Assembly: GCA_964626205.1 (NCBI GenBank)
Contig: CAZVED010000002.1
Location: 23,708 to 87,707 of the forward strand
Direction: 5' to 3'
DNA length: 64,000 nucleotides
Origin: an uncultured Gammaproteobacteria bacterium
GTDB lineage: Bacteria; Patescibacteriota; Patescibacteriia; SG8-24
This document shows, in pieces, positions 1 to 10,119 of this stretch. The notes under the pieces were generated by a model, which was not told the origin of the DNA, did not search any database, and saw nothing but the letters and a program-made list of their open reading frames with translations. Each line of letters starts with the position of its first letter. Within the stretch, counting starts at the first letter, position 1. Both the position numbers and the translations under genes were made by a program.

Positions 1-401
1 ACTATCTGCGGACGACAAAGCGTCCGGAGATTTCCAAACGTATCGAAGCGGCGAAAGAGCACGGCGACCTCAAGGAGAATGCCGAGTACCACGATGCCCG
101 CGATGAAGCCGCGTTCGTCGACGGACGCATCTTGGAGCTCGATGACATGCTGCGGAACGCGCTCCTCATCGGCGAAGGTGCAAAGGACCAGGTCACGGTC
201 GGTTCCACCGTGTCCGTCGCCTACGACGGAAAAGAGAAGACGTTCACCGTCGTCGGTTCTCACGAGGCAGACCCGATTGGTGGGCGTATCTCCAACGAAT
301 CACCCATCGGCAAGGCGCTCCTCGGTAAGAAGGTCGGGGAGTCTGCCACAGTCACGCTCCCCAAGAACGACGTCACCTACACCATCACCGCAATCCGCTG
401 A
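1..401 (+). CDS. greA: Transcription elongation factor GreA, C-terminal part (5' end lies outside the window)
   Basis: Frame-3 translation from nt 3 reads ...KEHGDLKENAEYHDARDEAAFVDGRILELDDMLRNA...VTYTITAIR, typical of the GreA coiled coil plus C-terminal FKBP-like domain. Stop codon TGA at 399-401. Confidence 0.8.
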   Translation, partial: YLRTTKRPEISKRIEAAKEHGDLKENAEYHDARDEAAFVDGRILELDDMLRNALLIGEGAKDQVTVGSTVSVAYDGKEKTFTVVGSHEADPIGGRISNESPIGKALLGKKVGESATVTLPKNDVTYTITAIR

Positions 402-402
402 T

Positions 403-1911
403 ATGTCCGAACAAAAAGAACTCAACCCCATCGAAGAACGCCTCGTCCGCCTGGAGAAACTCCGCGCCACGCGCACGGACGGTATCAACCCGTACCCGTC
501 GGAAAGTACCCGCACCCACACCGTCGAGCATCTGCTCAGTGATTTCGATGCGCTCGCGGAAAAGAAGGAATCCGTCACGGTATGCGGACGTCTCAAGACC
601 GTGCGCGGCCATGGCGGCGCCTGCTTCGCGGACCTCGAGGACGGTTCGGGAAAAGTGCAGCTGCATCTCAAGGTGGATGTACTCGGCGCGAACGCATACG
701 ACTTCTTCACCTCCCGCGTGGATCATGGCGACTTCCTCCAAGTGACCGGAACGGCATTCGTCACCAAACGCGGAGAAAAGTCCGTGGAGGCGACATCACT
801 GACACTGCTCACCAAAGCGCTTCGTCCGCTTCCGGACAAGCGCCATGGTGTCACGGACGTCGAGATCCGCTACCGCAAGCGCCACCTCGACCTCATCGCG
901 AATCCGGAAGTACGTGGCATCTTCAAGAAACGCAGCCTCATGGTGCAGGCCATCCGCGAGTTCTTCACGGAACTCGGCTTCATGGAAGTGGAAACGCCGG
1001 TGCTGCAGACCATCGCCGGCGGAGCGTCCGCACGCCCGTTCGTCACGCATCACAACGCGCTCGACATCGACCTCACTCTCCGCATCGCGACGGAACTCCA
1101 CCTCAAACGCCTCGTCGTCGGAGGTTTCGAGCGCGTCTTCGAACTCGGCCGCTGCTTCCGCAACGAGGGTATCGACCATTCGCACAACCCGGAGTTCACC
1201 TCCATCGAGGCCTACCAGGCCTACGCCGACTACCGCGAACACATGGAGATGACGGAAAAGCTCCTCGCCTGTGTCGCTGAGCGCGTCAACGGCTCCACGA
1301 CGGTGGAGTTCGACGGCATGACTGTCGACCTCGGCGGCGTGTATCCGCGCATCACATTCCGCGACGCGATCCTCCAGCACGCCGGTATCGACATCGAGTC
1401 CTTCGCCGACCGTGCCGAACTCGCTAAGGCCGCGCAGGAGAAAGGCGTGAAGGTGGAATCTGCGGACGATCGCGGCGTCATCCTCGACAACCTCTACAAG
1501 AAGGCCGTCCGCCCGAACATCGTGAATCCGACCTTCATCACCGACCATCCGACGGAAATCCTCCCGCTCGCCAAGCGGAAGGTGACTGACGCGCGCTACG
1601 TGGAAAGCTTCCAGCTCGTCATTGCGAAGGGGGAGTACGTGAAGGCGTTCTCCGAACTCAACGACCCTATCGACCAGCGCGAGCGCTTCATGGAGCAAGA
1701 ACGGCTCCGTGCTGGCGGCGACGAAGAAGCTCAGCCCATGGACGAGGACTTCATCGAGGCGCTCGAGACCGGCATGCCGCCCACCGCAGGGTGGGGGTTG
1801 GGCGTGGACCGCCTCGCAGCCCTCCTGACAGGCTCCCACAGCCTCAAGGAGGTCATCCTGTTCCCGACCATGCGCCCTGAGCAGGAGGGGTCCGACTCCG
1901 CCTTAAAATAG
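403..1911 (+). CDS. lysS: Lysyl-tRNA synthetase, class II
   Basis: ATG at 403 lies 1 nt after the greA stop. Product starts MSEQKELNPIEERLVRLEKLR. Class II motifs are present (FRNEGIDHSHNPEFTSIE, GGxGxGxDR). The track ORF from 79 is a frame run-through that overlaps greA. Confidence 0.9.
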   Translation: MSEQKELNPIEERLVRLEKLRATRTDGINPYPSESTRTHTVEHLLSDFDALAEKKESVTVCGRLKTVRGHGGACFADLEDGSGKVQLHLKVDVLGANAYDFFTSRVDHGDFLQVTGTAFVTKRGEKSVEATSLTLLTKALRPLPDKRHGVTDVEIRYRKRHLDLIANPEVRGIFKKRSLMVQAIREFFTELGFMEVETPVLQTIAGGASARPFVTHHNALDIDLTLRIATELHLKRLVVGGFERVFELGRCFRNEGIDHSHNPEFTSIEAYQAYADYREHMEMTEKLLACVAERVNGSTTVEFDGMTVDLGGVYPRITFRDAILQHAGIDIESFADRAELAKAAQEKGVKVESADDRGVILDNLYKKAVRPNIVNPTFITDHPTEILPLAKRKVTDARYVESFQLVIAKGEYVKAFSELNDPIDQRERFMEQERLRAGGDEEAQPMDEDFIEALETGMPPTAGWGLGVDRLAALLTGSHSLKEVILFPTMRPEQEGSDSALK

Positions 1912-1940
1912 GCTTGTACATACATCCCGCGAGGGGTATC

Positions 1941-3260
1941 ATGAACGTGTTCGAAACGGACACGTTTTTGTTTATGCTCGACATCAAATACATCAGAGAA
2001 AACTCGGACAAGGTACGCGAAGCCTGCAAGAACAAGAACGTCACAGCCGACGTCGACGCCATCCTGAAGATGGATGCCGAACGCCGTGAGCTTTCCGTTC
2101 AGGTAGAAGACCTCAATCGCCAGCGCAACGAGGCCGCGAAGGCCAAGGATATCGAGAAGGGGAAGGCGCTCAAAGCGACCGCATCCGAAGTGGAGGCGAA
2201 GCTCGCCGAACTCGACGCCGCGCTCACCCCAATGCTCCTCACGCTCCCCAACATCCCGAGTGACGATACGCCAGTAGGTCCCGACGAATCCGGCAATATC
2301 GTCATCCGCAAGGTCGGCGAGCCAACGCAGTTTTCGTTCCCCGTGCGCGATCACGCCGACATCGGCAAGATGTTCAATCTCATCGACAACGAGCGCGGCG
2401 CGGATGTCGCGGGTGCGCGCTTCACCTACCTCAAGGGCGACCTCGTGTTGCTACAGTACGCGCTCGTGCATTACGTGTTCGGCCTCCTCACCAACCGCGA
2501 GGCTTTGGCCGCGCTCATCGAAAAGGCCGGCCTTTCCGTCGCTGCGACGCCATTTGTGCCGGTCGTACCGCCGCTCATGATCCGCCCGGAAGTGTTCCAA
2601 CGCATGGCCCGTCTCGAACCGCGCGATGAGCGTTACCACATCCCGAGTGACGACCTCTATCTCATCGGTAGTGCAGAGCACACGCTCGGGCCATTGCACA
2701 TGGACCAGACGCTCAAGGAAGCCGAACTCCCGTTGCGCTACGTGGCGTTCACCGCCGCGTTCCGCCGCGAGGCAGGAAGCTACGGCAAGGACACCAAGGG
2801 TATTCTCCGTCTCCACCAGTTCGACAAGATCGAGATGGAATCCTTCTCGCTCTCCGAAACCTCCCAGCAGGAGCAGGACTTCTTTGTCGCCATTCAAGAG
2901 CACATCCTCCAGGCGCTCGGCGTGCCGTACCAGGTCATGCAGGTCTGCACCGGCGACATGGGTGGCCCTGATGCCCGCCAGATCGACATCGAGTGCTGGA
3001 TGCCGGGGCAGCAGAAATACCGCGAGACACACACCTCCGACCTCATGACGGACTATCAGGCCCGCCGCCTCAACACGCGCGTGAAGCGCGCGACGGGAAG
3101 CGAGTTCGTGCACACCAACGATGCCACGGCACTCGCCATCGGCCGCATCCTCATCGCCATCATGGAGAACTTCCAACAAGAGGACGGCTCCGTCCGCGTG
3201 CCGGAAGTGCTGGTGCCGTACATGGCCGGCCGCGCGGTCATCGGACCGCCACACGCATAA
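1941..3260 (+). CDS. serS: Seryl-tRNA synthetase
   Basis: N-terminal coiled coil (MLDIKYIREN...). Class II core is present (RFTYLKGD, FRREAGSYGKDTKGILRLHQFDK, GRILIAIMENF). The RBS-like GAGGGG sits before the ATG at 1941, and there is an alternative ATG at 1974. Confidence 0.88.
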   Translation: MNVFETDTFLFMLDIKYIRENSDKVREACKNKNVTADVDAILKMDAERRELSVQVEDLNRQRNEAAKAKDIEKGKALKATASEVEAKLAELDAALTPMLLTLPNIPSDDTPVGPDESGNIVIRKVGEPTQFSFPVRDHADIGKMFNLIDNERGADVAGARFTYLKGDLVLLQYALVHYVFGLLTNREALAALIEKAGLSVAATPFVPVVPPLMIRPEVFQRMARLEPRDERYHIPSDDLYLIGSAEHTLGPLHMDQTLKEAELPLRYVAFTAAFRREAGSYGKDTKGILRLHQFDKIEMESFSLSETSQQEQDFFVAIQEHILQALGVPYQVMQVCTGDMGGPDARQIDIECWMPGQQKYRETHTSDLMTDYQARRLNTRVKRATGSEFVHTNDATALAIGRILIAIMENFQQEDGSVRVPEVLVPYMAGRAVIGPPHA

Positions 3261-3272
3261 GGAGCGAACCCC

Positions 3273-4412
3273 ATGCAGGCCGTGACGCCCACAACTTGGG
3301 TCGACGTCTCCGCAAATGCGCTTCGTGGCAACATGCGGGAATTACGACGTCTCGTCGGTCAGGGCGTGAAGCATATGGCTGTCGTGAAAGCGAACGCCTA
3401 CGGCCACGGCCTCATCGAGGTCGTCGGTGCGGTCAATGAGGAAGCCGACTGGTTCGGTGTCTTCTCGTTAGAGGAAGCGCTCATGGTCCGCTCCGTAACG
3501 AAGAAACCCATCCTCATCCTCGGCGGCACCGTCAAGGAGAACCTGCCGTTCGTCGTGGAACATGGTTTCAGTCAGACCTGCTCCACGCTGGAAGCCCTCA
3601 CTGCGATGTCTGCCGCGGCGACCGCGGAGCGTCCGGCAAAAGCGCATCTCAAGATCGAGACCGGCACTTCGCGCCAAGGCATCCATGTACAGGATCTTCC
3701 TGCGCTCCTGGGACGTGCCAAGGAACTTCCGCATCTGGAGATTGAAGGCGTCTTCACGCATTTCGCCAACATCGAGGACACCACCGACGATACGTACGCG
3801 ATGCAGCAGCTTGCACGTTTCGATGCCGCGCTTGAGGCCTTCGCGGCAGCCGGCATGCCGCAGCCGCTCACGCATACCGCCAGCTCAGCTGCGGCAATGC
3901 TCTACCCGGCGACGCACCGCTCCATGGTCCGCACCGGCATTGCGCTCTACGGCCTCTGGCCCTCCGACGAGACGAAGGTCTCCTTGCGCTACCTCGAACG
4001 CGACGTCACGCTCGTGCCCGCGCTTACCTGGAAGACGCGCGTCATCCAGGTGAAGCCGCTCGCCGCCGGCACGCCCGTCTCCTACGGCCTTACGGAGAAG
4101 GTGACGCGGGACTCCCGCATCGCCGTGCTTCCCACGGGCTACTGGGACGGTTACGACCGTGGACTCTCTTCGGTCGGCGAGGTCCTCATTCGCGGCAAGC
4201 GTGCGAAAGTACTCGGCCGCGTCTGCATGAACATGACGGTCGTCGACGTCACGGACATCCCGGATGCCGCAGACGGTGACGAAGTCGTGCTGCTGGGCCG
4301 GCAGGGGACGGAATCCATCTCCGCGGACGAGCTCGCACGCAAGCTCGGCACCATCACCTATGAGGTCGTCACGCGCATCAACCCGCTTTTGCCGCGCATC
4401 ATCGTCGCATGA
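3273..4412 (+). CDS. alr: Alanine racemase (PLP-dependent)
   Basis: Contains VVKANAYGHG, the PLP-lysine motif. The 379 aa length fits the family, and GGAG precedes the ATG. Confidence 0.9.
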   Translation: MQAVTPTTWVDVSANALRGNMRELRRLVGQGVKHMAVVKANAYGHGLIEVVGAVNEEADWFGVFSLEEALMVRSVTKKPILILGGTVKENLPFVVEHGFSQTCSTLEALTAMSAAATAERPAKAHLKIETGTSRQGIHVQDLPALLGRAKELPHLEIEGVFTHFANIEDTTDDTYAMQQLARFDAALEAFAAAGMPQPLTHTASSAAAMLYPATHRSMVRTGIALYGLWPSDETKVSLRYLERDVTLVPALTWKTRVIQVKPLAAGTPVSYGLTEKVTRDSRIAVLPTGYWDGYDRGLSSVGEVLIRGKRAKVLGRVCMNMTVVDVTDIPDAADGDEVVLLGRQGTESISADELARKLGTITYEVVTRINPLLPRIIVA

Positions 4413-4415
4413 CCT

Positions 4416-5477
4416 ATGACGAACCACACCAAAACGACCATCGCCGTCATCCATGGAGGCCGCTCCGGAGAGCATGAGATCTCCCTGCTTTCGGCGCGCT
4501 CAATCATGGACGCGTTGGATAAGGAGAGGTACGACGTCCTCCCGATTCTCATCGGTAAAGATGGCGTGTGGACCGTCGGCGGCGAGACGCGCTTGCTGTC
4601 TCCGGATGCCAAAGGAGGGAACTTGCTCCGTGAAGACGGGAGTCTCGCCGAACGGTTCGATGTCGCTTTCCCGATCGTTCACGGGACAGACGGCGAGGAT
4701 GGCGCGCTCCAAGGCATGCTCCGGCTGGCCGATATTCCGTTCGTGGGGAGCGACGTGCTCGGATCCGCCATCGGCATGGATAAGGTCATGCAGAAACGCG
4801 TGCTCCGCGACGCCAAGATCCCTGTCGCCGCATGGGTCGATTTCCGCGCGCACGAATGGGAAGCCGATCACGAGGCCGTCGTCGGCCTCATCGAGGTCAG
4901 CCTCAACTATCCAGTCTTCATCAAACCCGTGAGCCTCGGTTCCTCGGTCGGCATCAGCAAGGCGCGCAACCGCCAAGAACTGCTCGATGCCATCGCCTTG
5001 GCGCTGCGCGTCGATACGCACGTCATCGTGGAAAAAGCGGTTCCCGCCGCACGCGAGATCGAATGCGCAGCGCTCGGAAACGTCGACCACGCCATCTCCG
5101 TCTTCGGGGAAATTTTCCCGAGCAACGAATTCTACGACTACGCCGCGAAATATCTCGATGGCACGTCAACAACCGCGATTCCCGCGGACCTCCCGTCGAC
5201 CCTGGAGGAAAAACTGCGAGGAATGGCGGAACGCGCCTGCGCCGTGCTGAATGTGGAAGGTATGGCGCGTGTGGACTTCCTCATCTCACGCGATTCCGGG
5301 GAAGCGGTCCTCAACGAAATCAACACGCTCCCCGGATTCACCGCAATCAGCATGTATCCCAAACTCTGGGAAGCATCCGGTATCGCGTACCCAGCACTTC
5401 TGGACCGCCTCATCACGCTCGCTATCGCGCGGTACGGGGAACAGGAACAGCTGGAACGTGACTTCACCGCCCTATGA
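4416..5477 (+). CDS. ddl: D-alanine--D-alanine ligase
   Basis: Starts IAVIHGGRSGEHEISLLSA and has an ATP-grasp C-terminus (GMARVDFLI...NEINTLPGFT). It lies immediately downstream of alr. Confidence 0.9.
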   Translation: MTNHTKTTIAVIHGGRSGEHEISLLSARSIMDALDKERYDVLPILIGKDGVWTVGGETRLLSPDAKGGNLLREDGSLAERFDVAFPIVHGTDGEDGALQGMLRLADIPFVGSDVLGSAIGMDKVMQKRVLRDAKIPVAAWVDFRAHEWEADHEAVVGLIEVSLNYPVFIKPVSLGSSVGISKARNRQELLDAIALALRVDTHVIVEKAVPAAREIECAALGNVDHAISVFGEIFPSNEFYDYAAKYLDGTSTTAIPADLPSTLEEKLRGMAERACAVLNVEGMARVDFLISRDSGEAVLNEINTLPGFTAISMYPKLWEASGIAYPALLDRLITLAIARYGEQEQLERDFTAL

Positions 5478-6490
5478 GCGCCCCTTGGACACCCACCGCG
5501 TCCGCAAAACGTCGGGTGCGCGACTATCACAAGCGTCAGTACGGCAACCCGCTCTTCCGCCGCGATCAACGCACGAGTCGTCGTTCCACGCGCGAACCCG
5601 GAGCCTGGAAACGGTATGCCATCGCCGGCATAACGCTCTTCGCGGCAGGTACCGGAGCATGGTATCTGTTCTGGAGTCCGACCTTCACTATCGATGTCAT
5701 CGAAGTGAACGGCGCGACACCATCGACGGAGCGCCAGGTCCGCGACATCCTTGATGCGGAACTCGCGCGCAAGACTGCATGGATCGTCCCGCGAAGTTCA
5801 GTCTTCCTTTTCGATAAGCACTCGGCGGAAGCAGCGATTGCAGGGGACTTCCATTTCGAGTCCCTCCAGCTCGCCAAAAAGCTGCCTCGTACGCTCGTTG
5901 TCGATGTGACCGAAATCCCCAAACGCGCAGTCCTCTATGCCGACGGACGCTTCTTCGCGGTGAGCAGTACCGGGGCAGTCATTCGCGACCTCACGGAACG
6001 GGAACAACGGGAGCTCGGTGACATGCCGCCGGACATCGCCGCAACCGCCCTCGGCGATGCGGATGCGGAACTCGTCGAGCTCACGACGCTCATGCCGAAC
6101 GACGCTCCGGAAGCCGCCAAACAGAACGGGAACGGCACTCCGCTGCTCTTTGATGAACGCCTGCGCGAAACCGCACCGACACCCGGCGACGCGCTCTTCT
6201 CGGAGGTCACCTTGGCGCTCATCCTCCAAGCGAACGTCCGTCTGCCGGATATTGCCGGCAACGCCGTGCGCTGGTTCACTGTCCGCGAAAACGATGACGC
6301 CGTGGACGTGACCATGGAAGGGGATTGGCACCTCTATCTCACCACCACGCTGCCCTTTGAAGCCCAAGGGGAACGGCTCGGCCTCATTCTCCGGGAGAAG
6401 GTCGGGGATGACCGTTCTCGTCTCGACTATATCGACCTCCGATACAACGAGCGCGCCTATATCCGGTACAAGGACGACCCCGCCCCCTGA
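5474..6490 (+). CDS. ftsQ: Cell division protein FtsQ/DivIB-like (POTRA domain)
   Basis: Basic N-terminus, one TM segment (YAIAGITLFAAGTGAWYLF), then a POTRA-like fold (FTIDVIEVNGATPSTERQVRDIL...TLVVDVTEIPKRAVLYADGRFFAV). The start overlaps the ddl stop (ATGA). Confidence 0.7.
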   Translation: MSAPWTPTASAKRRVRDYHKRQYGNPLFRRDQRTSRRSTREPGAWKRYAIAGITLFAAGTGAWYLFWSPTFTIDVIEVNGATPSTERQVRDILDAELARKTAWIVPRSSVFLFDKHSAEAAIAGDFHFESLQLAKKLPRTLVVDVTEIPKRAVLYADGRFFAVSSTGAVIRDLTEREQRELGDMPPDIAATALGDADAELVELTTLMPNDAPEAAKQNGNGTPLLFDERLRETAPTPGDALFSEVTLALILQANVRLPDIAGNAVRWFTVRENDDAVDVTMEGDWHLYLTTTLPFEAQGERLGLILREKVGDDRSRLDYIDLRYNERAYIRYKDDPAP

Positions 6491-6572
6491 CAGCTTGCCC
6501 TTTGGGTGCCTTTTCGCATAAGGTGGGGAAGCGACCCTTTGCCCTTTTTCCAGTATCGAAAGGAGGCGCTCC

Positions 6573-8372
6573 ATGGACAAGAAACGGATGCTCATGACGG
6601 GATTCCTCGTCGCAGGCCTCGTCGCCATCGCAACGGTCGTCATGACCGAGCAAGCGCGCCCCAGCGTCAAACATGTCGACTTCGGCACGTTCAGCGGGAT
6701 GATCGATAGCGGCAAGCTGTCGGAGATCGTCATCTCTGGCACTGAGGTCGGCGGCAAGGGGGCGGGAAGCGACACGACGTACTACCGCTCCGTCGGCAAT
6801 GCGCCGGCCATCGAGATCCTCCTCCGCAAGGCGGAAGAGAAAAAAGTGCCGTACCGCATCGTCGAACCTGCGGACACGGGGTTCATCTGGACGATCGTGA
6901 TGTTCGGCATCCTGGGCTTCTGCCTGATCAGCTTCATGAGGTCAGCCGGAGGAGCAGGGAAGCAGATCACCTCGTTCGGACGCAGCAAGGCACGGCTCCT
7001 CAGCCCAAACACCAACGTCGTGAAGTTCACCGACGTGGCTGGTGTACCTGAGGCTGTCGAGGACTGCCGTGACCTCGTGGAGTTCCTCAAGAATCCGAAG
7101 AAATTCCAGAAGCTCGGCGGCAAGGTACCGAAAGGCATCCTGCTGATGGGTCCTTCAGGAACCGGTAAGACGTTGCTTGCGCGCGCGATCGCCGGAGAAG
7201 CGAATGTCCCATTCTTCTCCATCTCCGGCTCTGACTTCGTCGAGATGTTCGTCGGTGTGGGTGCATCCCGCGTCCGCGACCTCTTCGAACAAGGAAAGAA
7301 AAACGCGCCATGCATCATCTTCATCGACGAGATCGATGCGGTCGGCCAAAAACGCGGCCAAGGAACGAGCGGCGGCGGGCATGACGAGCGCGAGCAAACG
7401 CTGAATCAGCTGCTCGTGGAGATGGACGGCTTCGAAGGGAATGTCGGCATCATGATCGTCGCAGCGACGAACCGTCCGGACACCCTCGATCCCGCATTGC
7501 TCCGTCCCGGTCGCTTCGACCGAAAGGTCATCGTACCGCGGCCGGACCTCAACGGACGTGTCGCGATTCTCAAGGTTCACGCGAGGAAGATCCCGCTCGC
7601 TCCCGATGTCGACCTCTCTGTGACCGCTCGGGGCACGCCCGGATTCACCGGCGCGGACCTTGAAGACCTTCTCAACGTGGCAGCGCTCAAGGCGGCCAAG
7701 CTGGGCAAGGATGTCGTCGGGACCGACGACCTGGATGCGGCTCGCGACAAGATCGTGATGGGCGGCGATCCGCGCAAGGGCGTCGTCATGACGGAGCCTG
7801 AGCGCCGGATGACAGCCGTGCACGAGATGGGCCACACCATCGCGGCATGGTTCGAGCAAGATGCCCATCCGGTTCACAAGGTGACCATCATCCCGCACGG
7901 CCCGGCTCTTGGCGTCACCATGTTCCTTCCGGAAGGCGATCAGCGCAGCTACAGCGCGGAACAGATCATCAGTCAGATTCGTGTCGCCGTCGCAGGACGG
8001 GCGGCGGAAGAGCTCGTAATCGGACAGATCACGACCGGAGCAATCAGTGACTTCGAGCAAGCTACCGCCGCCGCGCGAGCCATGGTCATCAACTATGGCA
8101 TGACCGATGTCGGCATGCAGACCTTCGGCTCGAAACACCACGGCTTCCTCGGAACGGAAGAAGGTGTGCGCACCTACAGCCAAGCTACGGCGCGACGTAT
8201 CGACCGGAAGATCGAGTCGATCATCCAAGAGGCGTACGCGCACGTGAAGGCGTTGCTAACGACGCACCGCGCCTTGCTCGATGCGGGCGCGCAAGCCCTG
8301 CTCGAGCACGAGACGCTCGACGCCGCGCAACTCCGCGCCATCCTCGGCCCTCCGGTCTTCCGGATGGCCTGA
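6573..8372 (+). CDS. ftsH: ATP-dependent zinc metalloprotease FtsH
   Basis: N-terminal TM, AAA module ([23 protein letters not shown], Walker [32 protein letters not shown]) and M41 zinc motif [10 protein letters not shown]...GGRAAEE. Confidence 0.95.
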   Translation: MDKKRMLMTGFLVAGLVAIATVVMTEQARPSVKHVDFGTFSGMIDSGKLSEIVISGTEVGGKGAGSDTTYYRSVGNAPAIEILLRKAEEKKVPYRIVEPADTGFIWTIVMFGILGFCLISFMRSAGGAGKQITSFGRSKARLLSPNTNVVKFTDVAGVPEAVEDCRDLVEFLKNPKKFQKLGGKVPKGILLMGPSGTGKTLLARAIAGEANVPFFSISGSDFVEMFVGVGASRVRDLFEQGKKNAPCIIFIDEIDAVGQKRGQGTSGGGHDEREQTLNQLLVEMDGFEGNVGIMIVAATNRPDTLDPALLRPGRFDRKVIVPRPDLNGRVAILKVHARKIPLAPDVDLSVTARGTPGFTGADLEDLLNVAALKAAKLGKDVVGTDDLDAARDKIVMGGDPRKGVVMTEPERRMTAVHEMGHTIAAWFEQDAHPVHKVTIIPHGPALGVTMFLPEGDQRSYSAEQIISQIRVAVAGRAAEELVIGQITTGAISDFEQATAAARAMVINYGMTDVGMQTFGSKHHGFLGTEEGVRTYSQATARRIDRKIESIIQEAYAHVKALLTTHRALLDAGAQALLEHETLDAAQLRAILGPPVFRMA

Positions 8373-8377
8373 CCCCC

Positions 8378-8404
8378 GACCCCTCCTCACGGAGGGGTCT
8401 TTTG
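8378..8404 (+). terminator. Rho-independent terminator after ftsH
   Basis: GACCCCTCC-tcac-GGAGGGGTC hairpin followed by TTTTG. Confidence 0.6.
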
Positions 8405-8426
8405 TATCCGGTTTTGTCCGACATCC

Positions 8427-8470
8427 TTGACAAAACTGCCGGAATATGATATGGTCATGAGCGTACCTCA
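8427..8470 (+). promoter_or_regulatory. Sigma-70-like promoter TTGACA-N17-TATGGT with conserved downstream CATGAGCGTACCT
   Basis: TTGACA at 8427-8432 and TATGGT at 8450-8455. The same -10-to-+13 string recurs at 39584-39602. Confidence 0.45.
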
Positions 8471-8502
8471 ACGACCTTCGAACGCCCCGCCAAGGGGCGT
8501 TT

Positions 8503-9366
8503 ATGCTATGCTGGACGCCTATGAGCCTTACCGTCCTCGCGCTCGTCCTCCTTTCCGCCGTCATTCATGCCGGCTGGAACTTCCTCTCCAAGAAGGCGGG
8601 GGGTGACCTTGCCGTACTCACCTTGGGGGCCGCGGTCGCAGGCATCGTTTCCGTCCCGCTCGCGCTGCCGTTTCTGCCAAGCATGGAAGCCCTCCGCGCT
8701 GGCGCGCCCTACATGGTCGCCACCGCCGTCGTGCACTTCTTCTATTTCACCGCACTCGGACGCGCCTACGAGCACGGCGAGATTTCCGCGGTCTATCCGG
8801 TAGCACGCGGAGCGGGTGTCGCCCTTACCGGCCTCCTTGCCGTGCTCCTGCTCGGCGACCATGTCACGCTCGTGGGCGGCGCCGGCATCGCCGCTGTCAC
8901 CATCGGCGCGCTTCTCATTCGTTCGGTCGGGAGCGGTGAAGCGCGCCACGACCACGCCATGCTCATGGCGCTTGCCGTGAGCGTCCTCATCGTCGCGTAT
9001 TCGCTCATCGACAAGCTCGCGGTCGGGGTGCTACACCCGACGGTCTACAATGGCGCACTCTTCGGCGGTGCAGCCATCCTCCTTTCGTCCTACCTCGCCT
9101 GGCGCGAACCCGGACGGCTCACCGCGACCTGGAACAAGAACCGCAACGCCATCCTCACAATCGGCATCGGCCAAGTCGCGAGCTACCTCATCCTGCTCTT
9201 CGCTCTGCGGATGTCCCAGGTGAGCTATGTCGTCGCCGCACGCGAGCTCTCCGTCGTCTTCGGGGCGCTGCTCGGCGTGAAGCTGCTCGGGGAGCGCATG
9301 ACCGAAAAAAAGGCGTTCGGCATCGCGGTCATCGTAGCAGGGCTCGTCCTCGTGAAACTGGCCTAG
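8503..9366 (+). CDS. EamA/DMT-family transporter
   Basis: Ten predicted TM segments in two homologous halves. HAGWNFLSKKAGG sits at the start of helix 1. An alternative start MSLTV is at 8521. Confidence 0.7.
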   Translation: MLCWTPMSLTVLALVLLSAVIHAGWNFLSKKAGGDLAVLTLGAAVAGIVSVPLALPFLPSMEALRAGAPYMVATAVVHFFYFTALGRAYEHGEISAVYPVARGAGVALTGLLAVLLLGDHVTLVGGAGIAAVTIGALLIRSVGSGEARHDHAMLMALAVSVLIVAYSLIDKLAVGVLHPTVYNGALFGGAAILLSSYLAWREPGRLTATWNKNRNAILTIGIGQVASYLILLFALRMSQVSYVVAARELSVVFGALLGVKLLGERMTEKKAFGIAVIVAGLVLVKLA

Positions 9367-9381
9367 TGTCTGCACACAAAT

Positions 9382-9417
9382 AAAACACCCCCGAACGTCG
9401 AACGTTCGGGGGTTTTC
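9382..9417. terminator. Bidirectional intrinsic terminator between convergent genes
   Basis: AAAACA-CCCCCGAACGT-cg-AACGTTCGGGGG-TTTTCGG. The perfect stem is flanked by A and T runs on both strands. Confidence 0.65.
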
Positions 9418-9419
9418 GG

Positions 9420-9995
9420 TCACATCGCGATGACCATCGGGTTGCCGGGGATGTTGCGGACCAAGACAGTCCACATGTTTGGGCGCCCGGGGAGCTGGCT
9501 CACCGGGACCGCGCGCACGAACGACATCGCGAGTCGACTGAACATCTGCGCGGATGCCGCATCGCCAGCCATCGAGAAGCCAGCGTAGTAGAAGAGCACC
9601 TTCGCGGCTGAGCGACGCGCTGCAGCGAACGGATCTTGGAGCGTATCGAGGAGCGCGACCGGGACATCCGACTGGAACGCCGACTGGAGCGCATTGTACC
9701 GGTCGGCACCCAACGCCATGAGCAGCTTGAACCCGTACCGCCGATCGAGGGTGTCCGCAAGGTTCTCCTGCTTCTCGCCCAAGCGACGCCCGAACACCTC
9801 GTGCTCATCCAAAGCCTCCTCGACGCTCACGCACATCGTCTGGATACGCTGGGCGCTGAGGATGGCCGTGAGCGCCTGCTCGACCTCTTCGATGTCCACC
9901 TCCGTGATCTCCTCGAGCGTAGCGTCACGCATCACCGAAAGGATTGGCGTCATCGTTTTCACGATTTGTCGCCGGATGAACTCACCGTATACCAT
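9420..9995 (-). CDS. Hypothetical protein (191 aa, soluble, no recognised motif)
   Basis: Clean ORF that ends 3 nt after the bidirectional terminator. No signal peptide. Confidence 0.5.
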   Translation of the reverse strand: MVYGEFIRRQIVKTMTPILSVMRDATLEEITEVDIEEVEQALTAILSAQRIQTMCVSVEEALDEHEVFGRRLGEKQENLADTLDRRYGFKLLMALGADRYNALQSAFQSDVPVALLDTLQDPFAAARRSAAKVLFYYAGFSMAGDAASAQMFSRLAMSFVRAVPVSQLPGRPNMWTVLVRNIPGNPMVIAM

Positions 9996-10087
9996 GTCCT
10001 GCCTCCTGGAAAAAAGACCTCGTCATTTCTGACCGCTCAACATAGCAGAAAAACGGCACCCTGTCAACCCTCTGCGACCAGGGCAGC

Positions 10088-10115
10088 AAAAACCCCGCTG
10101 TTTTCATCAGCGGGG
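10088..10115 (-). terminator. Intrinsic terminator of the 10120-10509 gene
   Basis: CCCCGCTG-atgaaaa-CAGCGGGG followed by TTTTTGC on the minus strand. Confidence 0.55.
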
Positions 10116-10119
10116 TCGT

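Noticed and set aside
79-402. The N-terminal 108 codons of track ORF 79-1911 look like an extended LysRS.
   Set aside because: This stretch overlaps the GreA C-terminal domain, which is clearly coded in another frame. The ATG at 403 right after the greA stop gives a canonical LysRS N-terminus, so the upstream part is a frame run-through.
582-1839. Several long ORFs inside lysS on both strands (582-1280 +, 796-1839 -, 845-1252 +).
   Set aside because: They are Arg/Ser/Ala-rich low-complexity translations typical of alternate frames in high-GC DNA. They are fully nested in a well-supported gene and have no motifs or RBS.
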